From Hydrolagus colliei (lineage: Eukaryota), in assembly GCA_035084275.1 (NCBI GenBank), contig CM068757.1, forward strand, positions 3,596,001 to 3,660,000: a stretch of DNA of 64,000 nucleotides. The letters are read 5' to 3'. Below are positions 13,475 through 25,760 of this stretch, in pieces. The stretch's first letter is position 1, and each line of letters begins with the position of its first letter. Position numbers and translations under genes: made by a program. The notes beneath the pieces were generated by a model. That model was not told where the DNA came from and searched no databases. It worked only from the letters and a program-made list of their open reading frames with translations.

Positions 13475-14929
13475 AGCTGACAAATCAAAACACTTTCAGT
13501 AAACGAGAATAAAGCAAACATATAAACAGCAATATTATAACACTTTCAAGTTATAATCTTTAAAAGGTAAATCATTTTGATTATTAAAGTACACAGGAAA
13601 TTGTCAGAAACTGCTGGAATATTTGAGTTAATGGATTTAAGATATATGTAGGTAATTGGAACTTGATGGTTTACTGTAATTTGGGACTGAATGGCAAACT
13701 GAATAGCACTTAAACGTCTGCAGTTATTATTGGATTAACTGTAAGATTAAATAATCAGTAACTGTGTTATGTCAGTAGGGACTAAGACTTCAGGTGCGTT
13801 TAGCAGTTTATTTTGGAGTTGATGGGGTGATTCTCTGATGGTAGTAAGTGTAATGTATTTTGCCACGGTGGAATTAGTAGGAAATTCCATATAAACACTC
13901 GCTATCAGTGTGCTAAACCTACTGGCAGCCAGACTAACATCCCAGATTGCACAGAATTAGGTCTTCCTCCAGGGGAGGATAGGTGGAGTATAACAGTTTC
14001 AGGAAATCATGCACCATTTCAACAGAAAATAAATGAATATCACATGTTCATTGTGAAAGATCTGCGTGAAATATGTCATGTCAGTTTACAAAGTCAATCG
14101 TATGAATCCTCAACATGTGAGTGAGTCCCTTTTTATTAGTTGGGACTCGGCTTTAGTGCATGAACCACTTATTCTAAATATGATTTATCTTTTCACTCTA
14201 ATACTCCACAACTTGCACTTCAAAAGAGATCAGGCTGAGCAAACATCATAGGCTTATGTTGCTTTGTGCTGATGAACTTTGATGAAAGCAAAAATAATTT
14301 TTAAACCTAATGGTGATGGTGGAGTCAAGAAGGACTGACCACTGCAGAGATTGAACTCAGCGTAGGAGTCGTTTTCACAATTAAGAACGATCGTTCTTCG
14401 ACGTTATGCTAATTTCCCATTTTCCTTTGTACAGTAGTTTGTACTACAGCCGTATGTTCAAAGTAAAGTCTGTGCCAAATGAATGATCTATACAGATTTA
14501 GACAAAGCTTCAATAAATCCAGGAATTGTACTCAAATAATATTCATTTGTATCCAAATACCTATTCAATATTCAACAGTAAATATTTAAATATTAAACAG
14601 TACCGAGGTTATGGTTTGAATCGATGCTCCAATGGATCCAGCACCCGATCAACTAAATGGTCATTTGAAAGACAAGTCTCTGTAAATTGTGCCCAACAAT
14701 AAATGAACTCAGTTTGGAATTGTTTGATCTGATGATCAATTGATGATGGTTTTCCTGGGTGGGAGGTAAGCGCAGCCTCTCTGCAGTTCAGCTGGCTCCA
14801 AAGGCAAGATGCCTGGGGGAGCAAAGCTGAATTAATTCCCTGTGGCTGTCTCAGTATCCCAATGCCCAACTGAACCAGTTAGATCTACAATTTAGATCTC
14901 CAAGATATCCCCAGTTCATGAATAGTAAA

Positions 14930-15080
14930 TTGGGCATTTCATTCTATGATGGTTTGTGGGACACTTCTACCATGTTTCACCCACAAAATATAGTCATTTC
15001 ACTTTACAATATATTCTGTAAAGCGCTTTGAGATGTCTTGAAGATCTGATAAGGCACTCTTATCAAATGTATTATTATTA
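14930..15080 (+). mobile_element. SINE 3' half
   Basis: GTTTGTGGGACAC...CACTTTACAATATATTCTGTAAAGCGCTTTGAGATGTC...TTATTATTA. Confidence 0.85.
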
Positions 15081-16149
15081 CTACTTGCTAACATGCCTGC
15101 CACATCAGTGGGATTCGGTGGGACAGGTGGGAAAATAGGAAAGGATTTTAGGGTTCAACCCATTTTGTTCCTAATATCTGCCATCTTTATTCTGTGATAC
15201 CTTGATAACCAATTTTGGCTTCTTGACTTTATTCATGTGGAATAAAAAACACCAGCAAGGACTAGTTGGAAAGAAAGGCGTGTTTCCATTGCTGTACACT
15301 CCATCTAAATCTTTGTAAACTTTAAAAATGATAGTCCACCAAACTCGTAGCTACCAATAGGTCACCTGCAACGTGAGAGGGTTCAGGCAGTGTTGGCAAT
15401 CACGTTCCGTCAGTATCCTTTTCGATGAGCTATAGTGTATGGCGTATCTCCACACCATAGCTGCCTTGTTTAAACCGGGGATTGTCAGCGCATGAACTAA
15501 ACCTTGCAAATTACAACCTGAAAAAAATAAATCACCATTATCTAAACCTAATCGATCTCTTCTAAGTCAGTTTTAAATCTTTTTTTTCTCTCTCGAAATA
15601 CACGATCGATCTTTAGTAAAACTCGGGAGTTGCTGTTATTCAAGAGACTGTTGTGGACGGTTACAAATAGACAGCGTGCAGCACTGACAGTGGGTTAAGT
15701 AGCAATTTGAGTTCAATAGGTCAATGCTCATTTTCCAAACCAGTAGCTGCAACATCTATATCTACAAGCTCTGCCACTCCACCGCCTCTCAACTATGATG
15801 AGCTTAATCAGTTCCTGACTCGACACAGCAATGTTGATCAAGATAAGTTTTGGTGACAGGATGTATGCTAAGTGAAGAAAATCCCCACTACAAACGAGTA
15901 TGTATGTACATCATCTATAGTTATGGGAGAGCTGCAGTACAAAGGTAGGCAAATGAAAGCTCTCAGTGGGAAAATACCGCATCGCCTCTTGGCTTTTCAT
16001 GCTTTTTATAATGAATGGCGTCTATGTTTTTTTTAAATGCCGCAAAGAACACAAGGAAAGCTGACAATCAAACTATCAACCAAGGTGACATCCAACCCGA
16101 CGTCCCCATTCACAAAATCTTGCCACTAATGTTGAAATGTCATCCTCAA

Positions 16150-16262
16150 AACACCTTCTCTGGACCCTCGCTTGCTCTCCAATTACGATCCTATCTCCAA
16201 CATCGCCCAGCTCCACCACTGCCTGTCCCCTTGGGCTGCCAAAGCCCTCATTCAAAAACTTT
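16150..16262 (+). mobile_element. Degenerate L2 ORF2 fragment
   Basis: One frame reads ISNIAQLHHCLSPWAAKALIQ, like the L2 motif LRNIARLRP.LS..AAETLIHAF; compare the L2 at 59600-60060. Confidence 0.6.
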
Positions 16263-16443
16263 GGGCTGAACAGGTATTGTGTGCTGATGTTCTTGGGTGC
16301 TGTGGTCTTCAACTCTGTGATCTTGGAGTTGATGTTTGAATTCGATGACCTGTTGCATATTTACAGCAATCAGGAAGTGCATCCACAAACTGTAGCGACA
16401 GATACAAGCTGCAAACCAACACGATTAAGTGATCACAACTTAC

Positions 16444-16617
16444 CTGTTGTGACCAGTGATGCATGCAGTGTAATCACATGCACATAACAAGCAACATATC
16501 TTGCAGGTCAGTCATCCAATGAGAAATTGTTTGCTAGACAAACATCTACCTGCAACTGTTACAGAGCAGATTGTGGGTTCAAGACCCACAGTAGGACTTG
16601 GAATCGTATCGTCTAAA
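16444..16617 (-). other. Candidate non-coding exon
   Basis: Acceptor TTATTCTTTTCACCTTTCAG and consensus donor CAG|GTAAGT; 174 nt with stops in all three frames. Confidence 0.3.
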
Positions 16618-17254
16618 CTGAAAGGTGAAAAGAATAATAGAACCTGTCGTGAAATTCTAACCATTGATCGAATGCGTCGAACCATTTTAAATTTGATGCT
16701 GACCGACTTACAGTCCACTATTTCTTCAGCTATTCAGTAATATTAACTTTGCTTCCTTGGTAGAAAGGAAAACAGGCTGAACAGACAACATACCACCTGC
16801 TTTTCCAGAAGTAGACTGGCTGAAAGCTCATTCTCTTGTGAGTTAACATTTACTGCAGTCGTTTTCCTGTGTTCAGTGCAATTATTTTTCTCGTAAGTTC
16901 ACCAGAGTATCCCCAGCAGATGTTACATCTCCGTTTTTCATATTTTCTGTGTCACTGCAGCCTTTTGGCTGCTCTCGAGTGTATAGACTTCATCTGCTGA
17001 CGCAACTTTCACTTTTTATAGACACTACCAACCGCCTTTACTCTACTTGTTTGTTTTCCTAGCTCCGTCTCTGATAGGTATGCGACAAACAGATTCAACA
17101 TGTCATGCTCTGCCACTGTTAACCACCCCAAAACAAATGCGAGTTGTTGCTGTTGTTGTTGTTGTAAGCATAGTATGTTTCAAAGGCAACTTTGGATCTA
17201 AGATACAACCTTAGATGCAACTCAAGATTTCCACTTACCACAAAAATCCTGGAA

Positions 17255-17640
17255 GGGACTGTTATTTGAATGGAAGGACAATCATAGGTATGGAAAATAA
17301 AAAGGACCTGGGGGTCCTGATTGACAAGAAATTGAAGCTCTCACAACAATGCTCTGTGGCAGTGAGTGAAGACCAATAGCACACACCGAAATAGTGGGTA
17401 ATCCTGCCACTGTATAAATCATTGATGAGACCATACCTGGAGTACTGTGTACAGTGCTGGTATCCACAGTGCACAAAGAATCTAGGAAAATCGAGAAGAT
17501 ACAGAAGATGGCAACCAATGCAGTTGAGGGAATGGAGGGACTGGACTTTGAGGAGCGACGGAGTAAACTGGGCATGTTCACATTGGAAAAGAAAAGATTG
17601 AGAAGCAACACGATTGCTGTCTTTAAGAATCTAAAAGTGT
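17255..17640 (+). mobile_element. Old CR1 ORF2 fragment (frameshifted, internally deleted)
   Basis: Motifs [28 protein letters not shown] and [39 protein letters not shown]. Confidence 0.9.
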
Positions 17641-17869
17641 GTTTGAGTGGGGGTGGGGTAATCTGTATAGATTCTCAATGACATGATAAGGCAATATAAC
17701 AGTAATAATGCAAAGATTCTAATTATTCTGATAGATCTTCTGACTATGACTTTGTTCAGTGTGGAGGGCACTATATAAATCCAAGTTGTTGTTGTCGTCG
17801 TCGACTTCTTGAATTGAAATTCAAATGACTGACACAGTCAACATAATCCATGTCAACACAGTCTTGAGT

Positions 17870-18004
17870 TGATTGACTGAGTTGCCTCAAACAAGTGACA
17901 AATTGAACCTTTGGTGCCTGCAGAAAAAGGAGACATCATGCTACCCAGAATGGATTCAAACCCAGGTCTCAAAGAATTACACAAAGCCACTGTACAACCC
18001 ATTC
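17870..18004 (-). mobile_element. Possible LF-SINE-like relic
   Basis: Minus strand GAGACCTGGGTTTGAATCCATTCTGG...TCTCCTTTTTCTGCAGGC...GGCAACTCAGTC, similar to the copies at 58575 and 60905. Confidence 0.4.
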
Positions 18005-19008
18005 TACCTATATTCTGTATTTGATGCCTTGAATATTTTGGATACACTATTCCTGAAGATTTTGTTAATATAGACTTTGAAAGTAAGTAAACAGCTCCAT
18101 CACACTGAAACTAATAAACACCCCCATGACACTTAATTTAGAAATAAACAAGTATGAATAATTCAAGGTTAGAATAAACTCAAGGTCTAAAGCTTGAGTT
18201 TATGGCAATCTTTAGCCTCTGTGCAACGGTGCCAACTCAATGGGGCATAAAGTGCGACCTGTGATGTGTTAATTATCACTTGCACCGGATCAGTGTGTGA
18301 AGCACGTCAGTCAGGCCCTGCTGAATTCCTGCTGAAGTTAGTTTTATGTGCACATCAAACTGGAGTTGAGCTTCTCTTTTGAACCCAGCATCTGATGAGA
18401 TTTGCAGTGACAGCCAAACTTCAACAGATCCTGGTTCAACAAGGGAGAGAAGAAAAGATAACCCCCCCCCCCCCCATTGGTGCACACTTTTAACCAAGGC
18501 ACAACTCAATGACAGATCGTTCACAGACTCTGTGAGGATTCTTGCACATGTCATCAAGGGAACACATCTACTTTCAGGTGATATGAGTCAGTTAGGGTTG
18601 TATGGAGGCATCCTGCAGTGGATGAGCTTGGTGGGTGGGAGTGGATTAGAAAACCAACACTGTGGAACAGGAAGGGGGCAAACAGTTTACATTTAAAAGT
18701 ACTTTAACCCGTCAGTTATCTTACTTTCGCTTTTAATTAGCCCCTCGAACGCCATCCAAACAATCAAATGCCTGACCTGCCTTTCTTTTTTTTTCCTGAG
18801 CTTGTTTATACCACAAAAAAGTTAAATTAAGTATAAAAGTAAGAAAAAAAATCTAATAAATCCAACAAAAAGACAGAGTTTAAAGTTGTATTTTGCCCCC
18901 CATAATTAAATATTGATCCAATTCCCCCTCACCTTCCTTCCTTGGCATCCATTGCTGTCTCTGTGACGCACTTCAAGATATGAACAACTTGTTATATAAA
19001 TCCAAGGC

Positions 19009-19033
19009 GTCGTTGTTGTTGTTGTTGTTGTTG
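19009..19033. repeat. (GTT)n tract, probably an L2/SINE tail remnant
   Basis: Preceded by TATATAAATCCAAG, as in other L2-type ends here. Confidence 0.7.
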
Positions 19034-19479
19034 CGGCTGTTTGAAAAAAGAGAGGGAGGTGGGGGGGGGGGTGGAAATCGAACAACATTCATAACCTCAA
19101 ATCATCACTGAAGAATTCAGAACAGAATTGTATTACAATCCTCATTCCAGTATTACTTTGCGTTCACCTAAACAGAAGTACCTGCTGCGTTTGCGTAGCT
19201 CAGTCCATCCCTTGCAGTCAGAGAAAGAGAATCAAATGGTGAGCTGAAAACTCAGTGACTCAAAGAGAACAATCCGACAGCAGAGTGGTATCGCTACACC
19301 ATTATACCATCATAATAAAGCAATCGCGGCACATTAAAAAGAAATAGACTTTTGACTATTGTAAATACTGTAAAGGATTTTTTATTCTTTTGTGAATATT
19401 TCTTTCTGTAGATTGTTAATGGAGAAGGAGAGAAACTGTTCAGCTCTCAACCGCCAGCCTCCTTTCTAGTGTCAGGTAC

Positions 19480-19690
19480 CCAGGGCAGTCAGGGATTTCG
19501 ACCTGAGCTTGGGAGTGGGGGGTTGCGGGATCGGGGAGGGTGGAGGGCAGAGGGCAGGGGGAGTAGGAAGTCAGCCGAAGGCACGGTCGAAGAAGATGGT
19601 TTTGAGACACGCCTTGAAGGAGGCAAGGGAGCAAAACAAAGGAAATGTGGGATGGCGTTGCAAAGGGTGGGGGCAGAGACACTGAAGACT
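19480..19690 (-). mobile_element. Degenerate L2 3' fragment
   Basis: Minus strand CCTCCTTCAAGGCGTGTCTCAAAACCATCTTCTTCGACCGTGCCTTCGG plus C-rich UTR, matching 35325-35430. Confidence 0.75.
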
Positions 19691-21092
19691 GAAGTGAATT
19701 CTGACCTTTATTAACTCCCGACATACAAAGGGTTAAAGAAAACTGGCCACAATTCAATGTTAGTTTTCCTTAGTTACCTCTTCAGTATTCTATGCAGCAT
19801 CTCTTCCCAGCCACATATAGCAATACATTCAAGCCTCACAATTCTGCTGCACTGCATCACAATACGAGTAGGCTCTGCCAATGTGTGCATAGAGATACAC
19901 ATTGGGCTTAACTGCATCCATGTTGATGAATGTGAATGGACAGATTGGGACCCTAAAGTCATCTTCAACAGTCCTCTCCTTCCTTCAATTTAACACGGAC
20001 CTCAAAACACATCATCTCCAGTGAGAAACTCGACTTTGTTTTGTACATTTCCGAATCCTTCTTTCAACAAAAAAAACACAAGCCTCAAATGACTTTATTT
20101 AAGCCATGCTTGCTGGCCAAACGATATTCCTGACATGAAGGTTGCGGAAACTATATAAGAATAGAAAAGTTTGCCCGGCGTGCCCTTTATCTATTGTAAT
20201 TATATTTCAAGCTTAATTTAATCTTTTTTTTCCCGCTGTAAAGACAACTTAGAAAGTAATTGGAGTAGGCCTGCTAATGATTAATGGGAACTGTTAGAAG
20301 AAAAAAGCAATTAATGTGTGTAATTTTTCTAATTTGCAGGTGATAACTGTCAGCACAGACTGTCAGTACTAATTTAAGCATCTGTTGCAATACATTAGCA
20401 CATTTCCTTGCATCCTGATACGTAATACAACCCAATGCAATTCAGAAAGTTGCCCAATATAAACACTGGAAAGACGATTTTAGAAAGTTAATTAGTACAA
20501 CCACCTACACTGCTGATTTAATTTTGACTTCTATCACGCTCATTTTCATAAATTCTACCTCCAGTGCCTTTTTTTAAATGGCACAGGCTAAGTAGGTGAT
20601 TTAATATGCTGAATCTTGACTTTTTCAGCTCGCCCAAGCTTCCCATGGAAACAGTTGTGTGGTTCGTTTGCCTAATTAATTAGAAACTGATGTCTATTTA
20701 ATAAAATTAAGGATTTGCAGCCTTCCAGATCTACATAGGCCAGAGTTATCTGCCATTGGGCAGGAGGAAACTAGCTGATCCTTAGCAACCACAATGGCAG
20801 ACATAAATTTTCAGCTCCCAGGAAGACTGATAACTTCATTCTTGATTTCAGTTTTGAACTCCCAGAGTGCGTCTGAATGAAATATTAGCCACTTTTTTTT
20901 GCTTTAAACAGTCAACTATTCCAAAGGCTATTCCAATCAAGTATTCCAAGTTTATGATATGTGTCGAGCACGATAAAATACTTGTACAGTAATAGGGCAA
21001 TGCATCTTTCCGCTGTAGGTTTCACACTGTATCATGAACCAGCCTATGATATATTTTTTTTTACACGCTGGGAGAGATGAAACATTAAACCG

Positions 21093-21401
21093 AGGTCTAA
21101 AGTGCTTCATAGAATATACTGTAAAGTGAATTGACTGTATATTTTGCGGGTGAAAGGCGGAAGCCAATTGCGCACATCAGTTTCCAAAAGCAGTTGTGGA
21201 TTGAAATGACCAATTTATTGTATATTATAGTTATTACCCCCAGAAAAGCGATCGATTAATCGACTAAAGACTGGTTTCCTACATACAAAGGGTAAAGAAA
21301 GGCGTGTTGAATAGGGAAACTTGGCCAATATTTTGCCCTGCTGGGAATTGAACCCAGGTCTCTCACTTGCAGGTGAGTGCTCTAACCAATGAGTTACAGG
21401 A
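21093..21401 (-). mobile_element. tRNA-derived SINE with head; tail end missing; extra internal segment
   Basis: Minus head TCCTGTAACTCATTGGTTAGAGCACTCACC...GGGTTCAATTCCC; body matches 34071 and 49103 except about 21225-21298. Confidence 0.85.
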
Positions 21402-22034
21402 ATCCACTTTCATCATTATATAAATGAATGAACCAAGTGGAACGTTTCTCCCACTTCTAGCCTTTTGGCTACTCTTCTGTCATTAAGCAATTTGAGACAA
21501 CCTTTAACACAAATAACGTGACATTAATCCAAATTGCTGCTGTGCTATACTTTGATGTTGCAATATGCCCACATGAGTTATGAATTAAGTAGAAAACAAG
21601 TATACACATATTTGAAAGCTACCTCTTGTTTTGGATTATTGCCAGTTGTCGGTCTGTTCAACGGGGCCTCAAAGAGAAAGTCCAGAAATACACAAGCTCG
21701 CGCAGCATTAGCCTGACATTGGATCAGTGTTATTGGATGTTTGCAGTGTGCTGTGCAGCATTATTAATGCTAAATCTAGCAGTCAAGGAAACTAGCAGGT
21801 GAGTCAGAAGTGCTATGAAAGGGCCACAAGTCATGTTTAAAACACACGCACCTCTAGCTGTTCCAACAGTTTGATGTCCAGCAGCTATTATATCCCCATG
21901 CGGTCAAAGCTCGAGAGTTGCTGAATCTAACAGCTTGCTGCAATATTGTGGGCCCAGCTAAGAGTTCTTTTTTTTATCCAGCATTGAAGAGCAAGAGCCA
22001 GCCACTCGCTTGAGGGTCCGTGCCAGATTTGTCG

Positions 22035-22086
22035 CTGAAAATGTCAACTTTACCTTCTCTGTCCTGATGTGAGCTGATTTGCTGAT
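22035..22086 (+). mobile_element. Possible degenerate Penelope terminal-repeat fragment
   Basis: CTGAAAATGTCAACTTTACCTTCTCTGTCCTGATGTGAGCTGATTTGCTGA resembles the reverse complement of 35529-35580. Confidence 0.35.
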
Positions 22087-22658
22087 GAAGAGATTCATTA
22101 ATAAAAAAAAATTAATTAATAAAAAAATAAGAAGCACAACAGGATCTAATATTCCGCTCCCATCAAACCTGGCAGCGAAGGCTCTCGCTTTGAACTTTTC
22201 AAAACGATGTGATTCAAATCCAAGCCGAGGTGTCTCACCTGCTGATCCGCAGAACGGAACCTGTCATCACAACAGTAATAAACTAACAAGAATCCTTGCA
22301 TTTGATATAGACAGCTCTACTAGAATGTAGATGCTAGCCAAAATACTAAATTAAGTCAATTATTAGCGTCTGATTTTGAATGGGTTGTCTGTAATCACAC
22401 TGTTTGGTAAGTCAATTTACAAGTAGACTTTAATTCCTCGCATTGCCTTACACGGATGCCTCTTCATTTGTGAGCAAAGATATAAAAATATTTTGACTCA
22501 TTCACCTGCATGGCCTCATTATCCTTCATTAAGAAGCATCAGCTGGTGCATATTAAGTAATGGGTGATGTTGGATTTGATCCCACGAGGTTAGGGTTAGT
22601 CACTGACGCTTTATCAAAGTGACACATTTTCCTCTCTCAGCAACAACAATATTTATTT

Positions 22659-22828
22659 TAATAATAATAATCCTTGAATATGATATAGCGCTTTTCACAT
22701 CTTCTAGAGGTCTCAAAATGCTGCACAGAATATACTGTACTGTAAAGTGAATTGACTGTGTGTTTGTGGGCGAAACGGGGCAGCCAATTGCGCACAGCAG
22801 TGTCCCCACAAAGAGTCGTGGATTGAAA
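22659..22828 (-). mobile_element. SINE 3' half
   Basis: Matches the family tail and body (GGCAGCCAATTGCGCACAGCAGTGTCCCCACA). Confidence 0.9.
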
Positions 22829-22909
22829 CAACAATCACAACAACAGAATTACATTTGTATAGTGCCTTTCACATCACGAATTGTACAACCTCAAAAGTGT
22901 ACAGTATTT

Positions 22910-23190
22910 TAAACGGTGTTGAAAAGAAACAAAACTCAGAACAATACTTTAGAATGCACCAAGTCAGTAGAACATGAGGACACATATTTAGAGCAGCAAA
23001 CAGCAATTTCAGCACAAACGTCAGGAAGTTTGTCTTTCTCAGAGGGTAAATAATGACTTGGGCAGGTTGCCCAGAATGCTGGTTGAGTTAACTAGCTGTG
23101 ATGTTGTGAGGAGGAGATGGTAAAGTGGCTAATCTGGAAGAATGAAATCAAATGGGTTGAACCAATCTTGTTATTCTTGAACCCTCTTCT
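22910..23190 (+). mobile_element. Old CR1 3' fragment
   Basis: Degenerate reading ..RT*GHIF..NFSTNVRKFVF.. and a CR1-like UTR; similar to 33120-33562. Confidence 0.6.
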
Positions 23191-25579
23191 GTTTCTTGGA
23201 GGTGTTTTACAGGGAAAAATATAACCCCTCCTTATGGAAATGAACTTAAGACATTAGAAACCATTTCTCCGGATGATTTAACACATTATTTGAAAACAAA
23301 GATGATTTGTTCTTGAGGAAAGCAGGGTGAGTTTAGAGAGAGTCACATTATTCAGAAATCATTAAACAATGCACCATCATTCAAGAAATCTGCTGCAGTT
23401 GGCATTACTCAGATTAAATCCTTTATGATTCATTAAATGTAATTTTATTCATTGAAATCAGTGCCGCATTCCATCCTATTCTCATGAGGAATAATAAAAT
23501 GTTAAAATATTAGGACAAAAAAGAGTCATTTGCATTAAAGTTCTAATAATTCACTGTAGTTTTCCACGGCAAAATATTTACAAGTTAAGATTATTGACCA
23601 ATGTTACGGCAAAAACAAATACCGATCATTCAATGCAACAAAACATCATCATGAGTGTCCAAGCAAAATTCATCAATTTACAAAGACTAACCTTATGTGT
23701 TACAGGTAGATCCAGTTTTGAATGGAATTGCCTTGCTACAAAACAAATATTCAATTTAGTTGAAACAAAACCAGCCAAAGCTCAAATAGATTCTGTACAA
23801 TCAGAAATTTGCTCCAATATTTAGATTGCAAATGTGTGTTAGAATCTTGAACATTTATATAAATCGAGACTTTTCAAACTTGTTCTGCATTTCACAGCTA
23901 AAAACTTAAACATCTTCTCCTACCGTGAGCAAAACCAACAGTGATCAATCCAACACCTTCACAGGCGCAAGAACAATAGGAACCTTTCAATGACAATTCC
24001 ATGGGTCTGAAAACAGCCTAGAATGAACTTTTCAAAGACAAATACAGTTTTGAATCAATTACAAAGGTTCTGCAGAAGAAAAAAATGGTTCTGCTGGCAG
24101 GTATTAACATTTGAGGTGCAGAGATTGTATTGTGATTTTCAATAGATATCTACAACAACAAAATTGCACTTATTTAGCACCTTTCACGTCGGGAGGACAT
24201 CCCAAAACGCTAAAGGCAGTTCAGAGTTTCCGCAACACAGGGTACCTTTATGAGGCTAATCACTACCATGGCAGACTGTGCCAGCGTTCGGGAGAATCAT
24301 CAGAGTTTTGCGAGGATTCCAAGTGCCAACTGCTTGTTGTGAACCGCACTGCTCAATGTATTAATCGACAACATGAGATTTGGATTTTACAGGTGACAGA
24401 TGGCGTTATTAACCTACTCATCACTAATACATAGTAAATCAGGCAGTCTGAAAAATAATAAAAGATGATTAATCCTCCATGTTCATCCCCTTTTGAATCA
24501 CAGGAAGCCACCCACCTGAGATCTGAGATTCACAGCCCATTAGTGGGGATTTTCCATTTTGCTGCTCGGCCAATGACGACAGATATGTCCAATTAGTTAT
24601 TTTTTTCCGAACAGAGATGGTGTTCTAATTATTTTTAAGTAGCTGGAGAGAGAGAACGCAGCACTTTTAAATGAAAGCTCCTGGAAACTGTGCAATTGAA
24701 TGTTCCTGAGCAAAAACATAAGTAAATACCGCACTGTAATAATTCCATTTTGGGGGAACAATTCTCTCTATTTCCAACAATTCCAGTATTTTTCTCTACT
24801 CAATGAGAACTCACTTAAACTCATATTGCAAGATATTCATTTCAATTCTACTACATCAGGAAAACAAACAAACTGAATACAAGTTTAATCTAAGTTGCAA
24901 GCGACACATTTCAAACAGTTTGAAAACGCTTTGGTTTATAGATAAAACATCTCATATTTACTCTCGGTGAAGATTTGATATTTCTCCTTGAATTTTTGCG
25001 ACACATTAGCAAATTTCACTCGATCCAGAAATGATGGCAAGAAAAGAGAAGGGGGAAATTGCTCCGGATGTCCAGGTCAACAAGCAAACAGATAAAACAG
25101 AGTGTGTCACTTGCACAGAATTCACAAACTGGAAATAATATGAATGTTGTTATTTGGTGTTATCTGTAAAACAGTGGTAGTCACTTTCTCGGTTCCGGTT
25201 TTGAAGTTAGAAACTCCTCGACTCTAGAAATGGGATTGTAAAGGAGCTGTAAAGGAGATGATTCACAATAGAGTTGTCGAAACATGTAGTGAAAACCTTG
25301 GGTTCTCAATTTATTACAGCAAGCAAAGGACGAGTGATTTAATAGTGCCTGTTCCATACGCTGAATGGGGCCACAAATAAGCATAATAGCTTCTCAGATT
25401 GTATCAATCGAAAGTAATGTTGTAACATTTAGAAGTCGCAAACTCCTGTGGACAATGTCGATAGGAGCGCTTGCTGTTGAAGAGTTCGCCAATAATTCAT
25501 CTGAAAAGGCCGTCTATGTATTCCACGGATAGATTTTATGTTGTTTTGAAAATAAACTAGTGAAAGTATAAACTGTAAT

Positions 25580-25760
25580 AATAAAATAATAATCTTTGCG
25601 ATCGATACAGTGCCTTATCATGTTGAAATGTCTCAAACTTTTCTGAAAGGTGTAGTGACTGTGTAATTTCTAGTAGAACACAGCAGTAAATGTATGCCCA
25701 GCAATGTCCAACAAACAATCATGAATGACCAATTTTATCTGGAGGATTGTTAGCTAGGGC
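25580..25760 (-). mobile_element. Old SINE 3' fragment
   Basis: AATAATAATCTTTGCG...TGTCTCAAA...GTGACTGTG...CCAGCAATGTCCAACAAACA...TGACCAATTTT. Confidence 0.65.
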
